A stretch of 64,000 bases of DNA from Octopus vulgaris (GCA_951406725.2 OX597828.1:34162001-34226000), one strand, 5' to 3'. Positions 52,807 to 64,000 are shown, counted from the stretch's first letter. Made by a program: numbers and translations. The notes: generated from the sequence alone by a model not told the origin.

Positions 52807-54241
52807 CACACACACACACACACACCTATATATGCGTGAGAGAGAGAGAGACGGGGGGCAATTATGCGGATAAACAAATTAAATATACACGATGGTTATG
52901 ATATACAAATTAAATAATTGCAAATATACTAATAGATCAAACTTGCACGGAGTACAAACGACAGAAGAAAATTAGGTAAATTTACCAAAAATTAAAGGGG
53001 AGGAAGTAAGGTGTTATAAGTCCAATAGCTGTTTCTGGGGGTTCGGAGATCCATCATCATGTTGGTAAATGTAGTTCACCAAAATATGCAACCAGTAACG
53101 GAAGCAATAAACATTGGATAAATCGAACCTCCGTCATCAAAGTAGGAAAAAAAATCTTATATTTCAGATCATGATGCGAAGAAGTTTAAACGTGGAACCA
53201 TTATGTATGTATGTGTGTGTGTGTGTGTGTGTGTATTAGTTCAAATTTACAGAACAAAAGATGAAGACAGGTGAAGGAACAACAAACAGGTGTGTTAGTT
53301 TAACGCTCGGTAGAAATGGAAAAGTCTTGTACGTTTCGAGCCTACGCTACTCAGCATTTATCTGTCAAATTACGTTAATTTGCTTTCGATGAATGAAATG
53401 AAATGAAATGGCTCTGAAGAACAACTCTCAGGTGCAAAGGGAAAAACCTAACAAGCGCTTCGATAGGTTGCAGTGGGTTAGTTCAGTTCTTCCCGCTTGC
53501 TTGGGGAAGCGTACGGAGACGATAGAAGTGGAGGGCTCAAACCCAGCGTATCCCGTTTGATTCGTTCTGCTTTGCGACTGGGATTGGTTGTGGTTTGTAA
53601 CAAATGTACACAAACAGACGAGATGTTCAAGGTCGGTGCACCTTTGATCATAGGTCTGTCAGATCAAGGTGGACCTGAGGCCAAACAATGGCAACAACAA
53701 CAACAATAAATGATGAGCTATTGAGAAACATCTACGTGAGCACTCGAATTGCTAGAAATAGTAGTTGTAATTCCTTCAAACAACATCCAAATAATCTCCG
53801 GAATGGAAGGTATGATACATCATACGCGATCTTAGATATATGCCAGCAAAAAGAGGGGATGATATGGTGGTCACCGTTGGATTGCTTTTTAACTATAAGT
53901 GTGCAGCTCAAACAGTAGAATTGGTAATGACGATTTCTTAGAAAGAACAGTGTTCTGGATTTATAAGGAAACAAACTGGGCCAGCAAAGTGAAAGAAGCA
54001 AACATTTTCGTTTTCTTCAGGGCAAAATGAAACAGCTTTTCGATCGAGAATGGAGACCGTTGTCTCAGGCTTGATTCACAGCTAAAGAAATCCTCTCTAC
54101 CCTAATGATATCACACCGGAATAGTAACAGACAATAGAAGATATGAAAGGAAAGAAAAGCTAGTAAAACAAAACATAACTAATAAAAACGGTGATTTGTG
54201 TGTGTAAATGTATACATCTATCTATCTGTCTATCTATCTAT

Positions 54242-54371
54242 TTTTTTTTTCCTTTTACGATCCCTTTTGATCGAAAACCTACGCCACCTTTTTTTTTCTT
54301 CCCCAAAAGTAAAGCTCTACCTTGTAACTTGTCCCATCTGTGTGCAGCCCTGTGTAGCCAATAAAGAAACT
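54242..54371 (+). mobile_element. Second, heavily 5'-truncated copy of the Tx1-like 3' end in (TATC)n
   Basis: ccttttacgatcccttttgatcgaaa and tgtgtgcagccctgtgtagccaataaagaaac match the reverse complement of 47438-47575. Confidence 0.9.
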
Positions 54372-55013
54372 TATCTATCTATCTATCTATCTGCATATAG
54401 ATATAAATACACACACTAATGCACATCATTTTAATGACCTCAAGAAATATTTATAAACATTGCACAATCATGATACATCTCTCAATAAGTCTGAGAACCT
54501 CGAACCTGTTATTGTAGAGAAATCGATAATTTGCGAAACAATAACAAGCCTTTCTATTATAGGCACAACACCTGAAAATTTGAGGGAGGAGGGAGTTAGT
54601 AAATTATATCGATCCAATGCTTGACTTGTACTTTATTCTATCCACTCCGAAAGGACGAAGGTAAAGTTGACCTCAGAGGAATTTGAACTCAAAACGTGAA
54701 TAGTCATAAGAGACAACAACAATAATAATGTGTTTTTTAAAGTGATGTGATGTTCATTCATCATAGCGTTAAGAAAGGGGATATCAGCTATGTTATGCGT
54801 GTATGTAAATGTATACATTTATCTATCTATCTACAAATATATATATATATACGCACACAAATGCACATCATTTTAATGCCTTCGAGAAATATATATAAAC
54901 ATTACACAATCACGATACATCTCTCAATAAGTCTAAGAACAACCATATAGATATTAGTTGCTATTGATGTTCCCGTAATTAATTAATTAATTAATTAATC
55001 AATTAATACTTAC

Positions 55014-55179
55014 TGTCTTGTTGGTCGATATTGGCCGTTTTAATTTTGATGTCTTCGTATAAACTTTTCGTTTCTTCCAGAATTTGTTTGAGTCTTTGAG
55101 AGTTCTCAGTGAAGTTCTGTATTTCCTCGACCAGGGCCATTGTTGTTTGGGGCAGCGCATTATCCACTTTATCAGACAT
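55014..55179 (-). CDS. DSTYK: DSTYK-like kinase, first coding exon (MSDKVDNALPQTTMALVEEIQNFTENSQRLKQILEETKSLYEDIKIKTANIDQQD)
   Basis: ATG at 55179; 55 codons plus 1 nt, then a canonical GTAAGT donor. Phase 1 matches the acceptor at 9607. The peptide resembles the DSTYK N-terminal helix (RLRQNLRETQKFFRDIK). Too short for the ORF track. An upstream non-coding exon cannot be excluded. Confidence 0.8.
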
Positions 55180-56984
55180 AAGAGCTACTTTTAAAAAGAG
55201 AATTCCTCCGAAAATTTGAGAATAAGGACAACCAAAACGAAATTAAATTAAATAAACTATAATGTGTGTGTGTATGGAAGTGGGTTTTCTTTTTTTACTT
55301 CACTATCCACTTCTGTGGACAGTGTGCTTCGTAGAGAAAAGCATGAAAGAATGACAAGTCTAAGGACAATGCGTATCTTATATACACATGTGTATGAACG
55401 TGTTCACTTCTGAATATGTGTATATGTGTGTGTGTGTGTGTGTGTGACTGTAGGAGAACTTTTCTTGTCAGCTATATAGTTCATGCATATTTTTGTTTTG
55501 GTGACTTTCCCCCCCGCGGACACAAATCCTAACAGATTTTCACTGTTATATTATATTAGTATCTAAAATCCAGTAAATTTCTTTCTTCTGTTTTTTGGCG
55601 TAATCTAATTACTCTAAGAAGTACAGGTCTTCAATTCAATTGGTCAGCCATAATTTTTGTTTTGGGTCATCCTGAAAGTTTCTTTTCTTTTCTCTCTCTC
55701 TCCCTCTCTCTTCCTCTTTCTCTCTCTTCCACGTTATCAATCGATTTATCAACCCAGTGCTTGTTGCATATATATTTTGCTAGATAACTATACATCAAGC
55801 TATCTATCTTGCACTGTTACTCTCTGTATCGCCTGTCACACATACACATAAGCTTTTATAATAAAACAACAGACAGAATAGGCGTGTCGGTCTTTTTTTT
55901 AGTTAGTTTTTCTCTTTATATAGACTTCTTTTGGAAGTGGGTGTCAACAGAAGCTATACACATTCACACATATACAGCGGACACGAGTATTTTTATATCC
56001 TCTCTCGTAAATAAGTCCAGCCGGATTAAAAACTTTACTACACTGAAAACGGATTTTTAAATAAATTACTTTTTCTTTTCGTTCCTTTTACTCGTTATAT
56101 TTTTTTGGTCTGTTAATTTTTTTAATATTTGGGTCTCTTTTCCCTCGTTTTTCTGTTTGTTTTCTTAGTTACGAGAACAAATTAAGAAATCTTAATGTGT
56201 TAAATTTATTCATATCCAAATTTATTATATGCAAACGCGCGCACACACGCATATCTACATACATAAATACATACATACACATATCATCATCATCATCATT
56301 TAACGCCTGTTTTCCATGCTAGTATGGGTTGGACGGTTTGACAGGAACCAGCCAGGTAGAAGGCTGCTTCAGGCTACTGTGTCTATTTTGGCATGGGTAG
56401 ATGTCCTTCCTAACAACAGCTGCCCTGTAGAGTACACTGGATACTTTTTACATGGCACCAGCACAGATTAGGTCAGTTTTGGCACGATTATCAAACTGGA
56501 TGTCCTTCAAATGCCAACTGCTTCACTGTGTGGACTGGATGCTTTTCACGTGGCACTAGCACTCAGGTCAGTTTTGGCATGGTCACTCACACACACACAC
56601 ACACACACACACATGTACGCACACATACATATATATAAAATATATAACATGTATATCATCATCGTCATCGTCGTTTAACGTCCGATTTTTACACTGGCAT
56701 GGGTTGGACGATTTGACTAAGGGCTGACAAGCCAGAAGGCTGCACCAGGCTCCAATCTGATTTAGCAAAGTTTCTACAGCTGGATGCCCTTCCTAACGCC
56801 ACCCACTCTGAGAAGGTTGTGGGTACTTTTTCGTGCCACCGGCATGGGGGCCAGTTAGGTGGTACTGGCATTGACCATGATTGAATGATGCTTTTTACGT
56901 GCCACACATGTATGTGTGTGTCAGTAACTACACGCACACACATATACACACACATGTGCATGCACATATGCACACACATTCACA

Positions 56985-57020
<36 letters not shown>

Positions 57021-57833
57021 CATAGAGGTATACTAGTAATATTGCATGCCAAAGAAAGTTTGACCTTGGTCAAAAACAAACAGACCCAGAAAGCTCCTTT
57101 GGTGTGGCAATGAGAGCATTCTGATATGTGGCTACCTATGATTTCAGAGAAATATTTACATTAGGCACTAAGAAATTCCTTTAACATGCTTTAGGGACAA
57201 TGCTTCAGCCATTTCTAGAGGCACAAATGGGCACACCCTGAACAGGCATTTGGGAATGACCTGGTTCACACTCTACTTAAGATTTAGAATTACCAAAGAG
57301 GCTAACACCTTAACATGATGAATTTCTTAGACCATATCACACAGACTCTACTGCAAACCTAATGAAAGGTCATACATCAATGCAGCCACCTGATACCAAA
57401 CTGTAATCTTGAAAGAAAATTCCTTTTGGCAATATGGTCTTCCCCTTTTTTAAGGAACAGAAAACATAACTGCAAGCACTGATGACCCCTTTTGGTCAAA
57501 GCTGAAATCATACCATGGGAGGCAACTCTTCTTTGTGTCCCAGAAAATGTTATAACCTGTCACCTTTTTTTTTCCAGCTTTTTATTACCACCAAATGAAC
57601 TAGGACAGTATATTCATCTCCAGCATATAAAAGGCTTATGCACTTCTAGCTATCATATCTGAAGAGTCATCAATATTACCAAATGCAATAGAACGCATGA
57701 GAGGCGTGAAACCAATGGTTAAGAAGCTGGTTTGGGGTTCAGTCTTTGTGGGCTCATGGGCAAGCTCTGGGCCAGTCAAAGCCTTGTGGGTTGGATTTGA
57801 TTGACAGAAGCTGAAAGAGGCCAGTTGTCTGTT

Positions 57834-57865
<32 letters not shown>

Positions 57866-57917
57866 TGTATGTATGTATGTATGTGTGTATGTCTCTTCTA
57901 TTTTTTAATTATTAAAA

Positions 57918-58152
57918 TGGGACGCATTTTACAGAAATCTGTTTTCAGCATTATAAAGCAAGGCCTCTGATGAACCCTTAAAGGGAGACACACGAATGGC
58001 AGATCAAAAACAACATGGGAAAGGTCCACAGAAACTGTAATACTGGCAGTTGGCTTCACCTGGGGACAACTGCAATCCATTGCCAAAGATGGAAACAAGT
58101 TGAGTTGTCTTGTTGTCACCCTGTGCACCATGGAGTTAAAGAATTTAGAAGA
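57918..58152 (+). mobile_element. RTE-clade LINE 3' fragment (decayed)
   Basis: GRSKTTWERS...FTWGQLQSIAKD...LVVTLC. Another RTE-like relic lies at about 51020-51190 (RLQRNEASM). Confidence 0.6.
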
Positions 58153-58374
58153 AGAATCATTATCACTAGCAGACATACTTACAAAATAAATAAAAAATTA
58201 GATAAAATTAAATTAAATTTAAAAAAAAAAAAACCCAACTCAGCATCCATGATTTTCAGAAATATATTTTCAGAAATATATTTTCTGTCCAACCCATGCT
58301 AGCATGGAAAACGGATGCTAAATGATGATGATGATGATGATGATGTTCAGAACTGTTGACACATGGAATCATCA

Positions 58375-58756
58375 TCGTGGCACTCCGTCAGTTACAATGG
58401 CAAGAGTTCCAGTTGATCCGATCAATGGAACAGCCTGCTCGTGAAATTAACATGCAAGTGGCTCAACGCTCCACAGACACGTGTACCCTTAATGTAGTTC
58501 TCGGGGAGATTCAACGTGACACAGAGTGTTACAAGGCTGGTCCTTTGAAATACAGGTACAACAGAAACAGGAAGAAAGGGTGAGAGAAAGTTGTAGTGAA
58601 AGAGTACAGCAGGGTTCGCCACAAGCCCCTGCCGGAGCCTCGTGGAGCTTTTGGTGTTTTCGCTCAATAATCACTCACAACGCCTGGTCTGGAAATCGAA
58701 ACTGCGATCCCACAACCGCGTGTCTGCTGCCCTAACCACTGGGCCATTGCACCTCC
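58375..58756 (-). mobile_element. tRNA-derived SINE family C
   Basis: Head ggaggtgcaatggcccagtggttagggcagc...gtttcgatttcc (A/B boxes). Partial related pieces at about 11020-11185 and 20480-20640. Confidence 0.75.
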
Positions 58757-59070
58757 ACATGCATGGAATGAACTGCACACATTCCATGTTCACTGTCAGG
58801 AAACTCTTTTCTTCAAGAATTCCATGCTTCCCCAGATTTACCAACACTGAACCTAATGTACCTATGCACTCTTTCCTTTTTATGGATCTTTCACTCTTCC
58901 CTTCTCTGTCTAATCCTGTTCCCAGTGCATGTTTTGTTTGGTTAACATTGCTATCTTTCTTTACATGTTTTATTGCTGCTTTCTGTCCCATTTTTTACCC
59001 TTTGCCAACAAGTTGTTGTGTGTTGTAGACAATATGTATATAACCACTATTATAAGCCACAGATAAGGAA

Positions 59071-59525
59071 ATAATTTTAATCTCAAACACAGGATAATGC
59101 TAATAATATAGCATGAACAGGATAAACTGTCCATATTTTGCAGAAAAATCCATCAGCAGCCAGCCATGAGACACAAACTCACATCCCTGTAATTACATGT
59201 CTAAGCATTATCCTGCGTTTGAGAATAAAATTATTTCCTTATCTATATCTTTCAATACATCTCAATGCTTCTGTTGACTTTCAACGTAAGTTGAATTTAA
59301 TGTGTGATAGTGTCTTATAAAGCTAGATTTATATATCCTAAATTTGCAGAAGAATTTGTCATTAGGGCAGTTTAGCTTAATGGTAAAGCACTTGACACGT
59401 AGTCACAGGGATGTGAGTTTGAGTCTCATGGCTGGCTGCCAACAGCTATTTCTGCAAAACATGGATAGTTTATCCTGTTCATGCTATAGTATTAGCATTA
59501 TCTTGCATTTGAGAATAAAGTTATT
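59071..59525. mobile_element. Partial tandem plus inverted-arm repeat with a tRNA-like segment (Penelope-like architecture)
   Basis: 59071-59210 is the reverse complement of about 59381-59523. agcattatcYtgcRtttgagaataaa recurs directly at 59203 and 59494. tRNA-like segment at 59364-59436. Confidence 0.6.
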
Positions 59526-60554
59526 ATATTTAACCACAGCAAGAAGGAAGAAAGAACAAGGAAAAGCAACAGTAGAAATGCTAATAAGAACAAGAACAAG
59601 AGGAACAACAATAATAATGTCTTTGAGATGTAAGAACACAATGCCAAATGGTGGGTCATTGGTTGAATTATGTCATTGTTTTATTATTACTTATACGCTT
59701 TTTGCTCTTTTACTCTTTTACTTGTTTCAGCCAGTTGACTGTGGCCATGCTGGAGCAACGCTTTTGTCAAACAAATCAACCCTAGTATTTATTCTAATGG
59801 TCTCTTTTGCTGAGCCACTAAGTTACAAGGATGTAAACACACATCAGTCATCAACCGATAGTGGGGGTGGACAAACACGGACACACAAATGCATATATAT
59901 ATATATATATTTATCATCATCATCATCATCATCATCATTTAGCGTCCGCTTTCCATGCTAGCATGGGTTGGACGGTTCAACTGGGATCTGGGAAGCCAGA
60001 AGGCTGCACCAGGCCTAGTCTGATCTGGCAATGTTTCTACGGCTGGATGCCCTTCCTAACGCCAACCACTCCGTGAGTGTAGTGGGTGCTTTTTACGTGC
60101 CACCGGCACAGGTGCCAGATGGGGTTGGCACTGGCAACTGCCACGTTCGGATGGTTCACTTATGTGCCACCGGCACTGGTATCACAGCTACAATTTCCAT
60201 TATTCTTGATCAATTTCGATTTCCACTTGCCTCAATAGGTCTTCACAAGTAGAAAATTATATATATATATTTATATATGATGGGCTTCTTTCAGTTTCTA
60301 TCTACCAAATCCACTCACAAGGCTTTGGTCAGCCTGAGACTATAGTTGAAGACACTTTCCCAAGGTGTCACGCAGTGGGATTGAACCCAGAACCATGTGG
60401 TTGGGAAGCAAGCTTCTTACCACACAGCCATCCTGCACCTTATGCATTGTTGAGGAATAAAAAGGATATTTAAAGATGTTGATGATGATGATGATGATGA
60501 CGATGATAATGATGATGATGATGACGACGACAGTGATGATGATGATGATGATGA

Positions 60555-60890
60555 TAATTGACATAGCATGTCCCAAAGACAACAGGATCAAAGAGAAAGA
60601 AGAAAAACTGAACAACTACGATGATTTGAAATGGGAAATACAAAGGTTGTGGTCAATGTAGAGAGTAGATGGAAGTATCAGCACTCAGCTACCGACATGA
60701 CTGAAAAAGATTGGTGCGAGTGTGAAGGTAGAACACCTACAAAAATCAGCATTGCTTGGAATCGCAAGAATTCTTCACAGGATTCTTGAAGCAAGACCAG
60801 TAAACAAGTGTCACCTGAGTCTGCTGGCTGTGGACAGCTGACCCTTTCCATCGTACCCAGCAAAATAAGGTGTAAATTTTCATCAAATGA
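60555..60890 (+). mobile_element. R4/Dong-clade LINE 3' fragment
   Basis: IIDIACPKDNRIKEKEEKLNNYDDLKWEIQRLW...LQKSALLGIARILHRIL; ends in (TAA)n. Confidence 0.8.
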
Positions 60891-61116
60891 TAATAATAAT
60901 AATAATCCTTTCTACTAAATGCACAAGGCCTGAAATTTTGTGGGAAAGGACTAGTTGAATACATTGACCCTAGTGTTTCACCGGTAGTTAATTTATTGAC
61001 CCCGAAAAGATGAAACGTAAAGTTGACCTCAGCGGAATTTGAATGTAAAGATGGATGAAATACCACTAAGTATTTTGCCCGACATGCTAAAAATTCTTCC
61101 AGCTCGTTGCCTTATC

Positions 61117-61193
<77 letters not shown>

Positions 61194-61702
61194 ATTGTTT
61201 TGTCTGGGTGTAAAAGATGGGCTACAGCAAATATTCTGTTCAATACCACAGATTTGCTTGTTAGTTGTTTGACCTTAACCAGTTGAGCATGTCCCTTAGT
61301 GACTGATGATATGGGCATCTCTGATCATGAGCAGAAGTAGTCTGGGGGAATCATAGCCATGTTTTGAGAGGAATTCTTTGGGGTTTGAATAATTAACCTC
61401 TGTAAACATGAGTGTTTTGTTCATCATCCTTAAAACAAACCTTTATTAGGGACTTTTTGAGTGGGATGGGCTACTCAACCTGAAGAAAATTCTAACTGGA
61501 CCCCACCTGCAAGATCATGTGCTGTTTATCTTGATATGAGATCACCATGTCATGCACATATGGCTGGGTTGCATTTTTCAGATGGGTAGTCATGATGGGT
61601 ATATTAGGCTTTGTATATTTGTACCCCAGTGTCACTTTCATGGCATGTGCTGCTCTCTCACTCAATAATAATAATAATAATAATAATAATGATAATAATA
61701 AT

Positions 61703-62016
61703 GAGAGCACTCAGAGAGTGCAAACCTCTGCCAAAGCAGCACCAATGTCCTCTCAATGATTGGCCAGAGATGATTTTCAAAACGAGAATATCTGAAATAA
61801 ACTCGACTGTTCTCACAAATGAGAATACTAAAAATGAGCCCAACTGCTCTCAAAAATTAAGTAAAAGAACAGGAAAAATAGTCCAGAATCAGTTCATGCC
61901 AGTCACAAGGCGAAACATCCCTGAATCCATCCAGCAGTTCTTGAGATATCTTATCCACAGACAGACAAACAAACAAACACGACTGAAAACAATACCTCTG
62001 CCTTCGCTAAGGTGGA

Positions 62017-62019
<3 letters not shown>
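61703..62019 (-). mobile_element. Non-autonomous Helentron (DINE-1/HINE-like)
   Basis: Palindromic subterminal repeat acctctgcc..ggtggaggt, a (GTTT/GTCT) microsatellite, a second acctctgcc, and a gcactc..gagtgc hairpin; inserted in (TTA)n without a TSD. Confidence 0.72.
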
Positions 62020-62058
<39 letters not shown>

Positions 62059-62529
62059 GAAACAGTGACTGCAAAAATTGCATAGTAACACAAACATCGC
62101 ATTATCAATAAATTATCTATTTTGGTAAAATTGTTCTTGTTTTGTTATGTTTTTGGATGGGTGGGTGTTTTTTCCCCCTTTTTTTTCTTTTATTGAAATC
62201 TAAAAAAAAAAAAGCAAGAAACAAAACAAAACCAGGGTGGAGATGTAATTCCAAAGTTTCTGACAAACTTTTATTTCTTATAAATTCCAGAGGGAATTTT
62301 AGACAATTAGATAATTGCCATGGTTTGCTGATTATGTCTTTTATTTATTCATTTCTGTTTTGTTTCTTTGACAATGGTGCTTCTCCCACTCAACCAGACA
62401 ATTGACACAGAGACAAACAGCCAGTCATCTATCAAATTCTCTAGTTCCTATCCATTCATCATCTATTTATAAACAGATAAATAAATACCCACATGCACAC
62501 ACACACAAACATATGCACGCTCACACAAT

Positions 62530-62720
62530 AATAATAATAATAATAATAATAAAGCAAGAGAAGAAAGTACTTGTGGACTAATAGATGTCACATGACCACA
62601 ATAGTACCAACTATAAGCACACATATGCAGAAAGCAGTGTGATGATAATAAATATATGTTTTGGTGAAAGTGCAGATAATTTTTGACTTCCCCGTGTTAC
62701 AGACTTGCAGATTAAAAGTA

Positions 62721-62754
<34 letters not shown>

Positions 62755-63121
62755 TCTTTTTATTGGCCACAAGGGCTGACAAACATGATTGGAAAACATA
62801 AAGGGACAAAACAGGACGAAAGGTTACAAAAGGTTTTGTCTGTTTTTCGAAAGAAAAAAGTCCGTGTAAACAAGCTTTACAACAACGTAAAAAATTCAAC
62901 AATTTACAAAACTCCCAATAGAGGAGACGCTTCGAAAAAAAGAAAGGGTCTCACGTGGAAATAATAATAAACCAGAGAAGAAAATATTTGTGGACTGATA
63001 GATGTGGACTAATAGATGTCACATGACCACAATAGTACCAACTATAAGCACACTACGCAGAAAGCAGTGTGATGATAATTAATATATGTTATGGTGAAAG
63101 TGTGGATAATTTTTGACTTCC
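62530..63121 (+). repeat. About 160-bp local direct duplication (62530-62691 and 62961-63121)
   Basis: The block gtggactaatagatgtcacatgaccacaatagtaccaactataagcacac is present twice. Confidence 0.92.
62751..62959 (-). mobile_element. Tx1-like 3' end of a related family in (ATT)n
   Basis: Ends cagcccttgtggccAATAAAaagaatt followed by (ATT)n; (AAT)n is also present at the other junction. Confidence 0.6.
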
Positions 63122-63468
63122 TCTTGTATATTAGCAACAAAAGCAGAGTTAATACTGGGAGGTAACATTTAACCACACTTAATCATAGCTGTTCTGTTAG
63201 AACAAACATTACGGCAGAAGAAGACACCATGGGAGAAAATCTCATATTGGCTTTTGGTGTAAAATACATGCTTGTTTACATCGGTTTGGTTGGCCTGAGG
63301 CTATAGTAGAAGACACTTGCCCAAAGTGCCACACAAAAGGACTGAACCCAGAATCAGGTGGTTGGGAAGCAAGCTCCTTACCACACAGTCACACCTGTAT
63401 GGAGAATTTCTTGTTTCTTCATGAACTCTGGCAAGTCAATGGAAACAACAACACAAACAACAAAAATC

Positions 63469-63572
63469 ACCAAAAGTAAAATACTGAGAGAAGGAAATTA
63501 ACCAAAAGTAAAATACTGAGAGAAGGAAATTAACCAAAAGTAAAATACTGAGAGAAGGAAATTAACCAAAAG
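63469..63572. repeat. Perfect 32-bp tandem repeat, 3.25 copies
   Basis: accaaaagtaaaatactgagagaaggaaatta at 63469, 63501 and 63533. Confidence 0.95.
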
Positions 63573-63923
63573 CTTCTTGTGTTTTATTGCGTTTGCTATC
63601 TTTAACAGTTTTCCATAGATAACGAGCACCTATTCATTAACTAATCTCAACAGGACACATGCAATGCTTACATAAAATCCGAACTGAGCTCAGCTTTCTT
63701 TGGTATTAAGGGGATCGACAATAAGTTCTATTGTTCCTCGATCATGTCATTGTATATCACAGGTGTAATTGTCCAGAAATTCTGTTACCTATTTGTAACA
63801 GCCAGGTGAAAATTATGCTATGGTGATTTTAAAGTGTTTTGCCAAGAGAAAAACAACAAAAGTTTCCAAACAGAAATGACTTAGCGACCAATCAATTAGT
63901 ACATTAGTATATAATATCCGTGC

Positions 63924-63924
<1 letters not shown>

Positions 63925-64000
<76 letters not shown>
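63925..64000. repeat. (CT)n microsatellite
   Basis: Direct reading. Confidence 0.98.

Overview
AT-rich eukaryotic genomic DNA dense in microsatellites and SINEs, most consistent with a coleoid cephalopod such as Octopus (inferred from the repeat families, not verified). One host gene is supported: the 5' part of a DSTYK (RIPK5/dusty kinase) orthologue on the minus strand. Its five phase-compatible GT-AG exons are 55179-55014, 9607-9087, 6614-6023, 3956-3804 and 198-116; the kinase exons lie beyond the left edge. Intron 1 is about 45.4 kb and is filled with mobile DNA: tRNA-derived SINEs, Tx1/L1, R4/Dong, CR1 and RTE LINE fragments, Penelope-like fragments, mariner/Tc1 relics, piggyBac-type MITEs and Helitrons. 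Three signals stand out. (1) A family of Tx1-type 3' ends appears target-specific: one form sits in (TATC)n, with a 28-bp TSD at one site and a filled/empty site pair at another; one sits in (ATT)n; and one is the tail of a SINE found twice at the same internal position of an older SINE copy. (2) Several hammerhead-ribozyme-like motifs occur in Penelope/retrozyme-like repeats, one downstream of a tRNA-like Pol III head. (3) A composite Helitron is nested in another Helitron, with the empty site visible elsewhere in the window. Nearly all short ORFs in the track are microsatellite or SINE artefacts. All alignments were done by eye.
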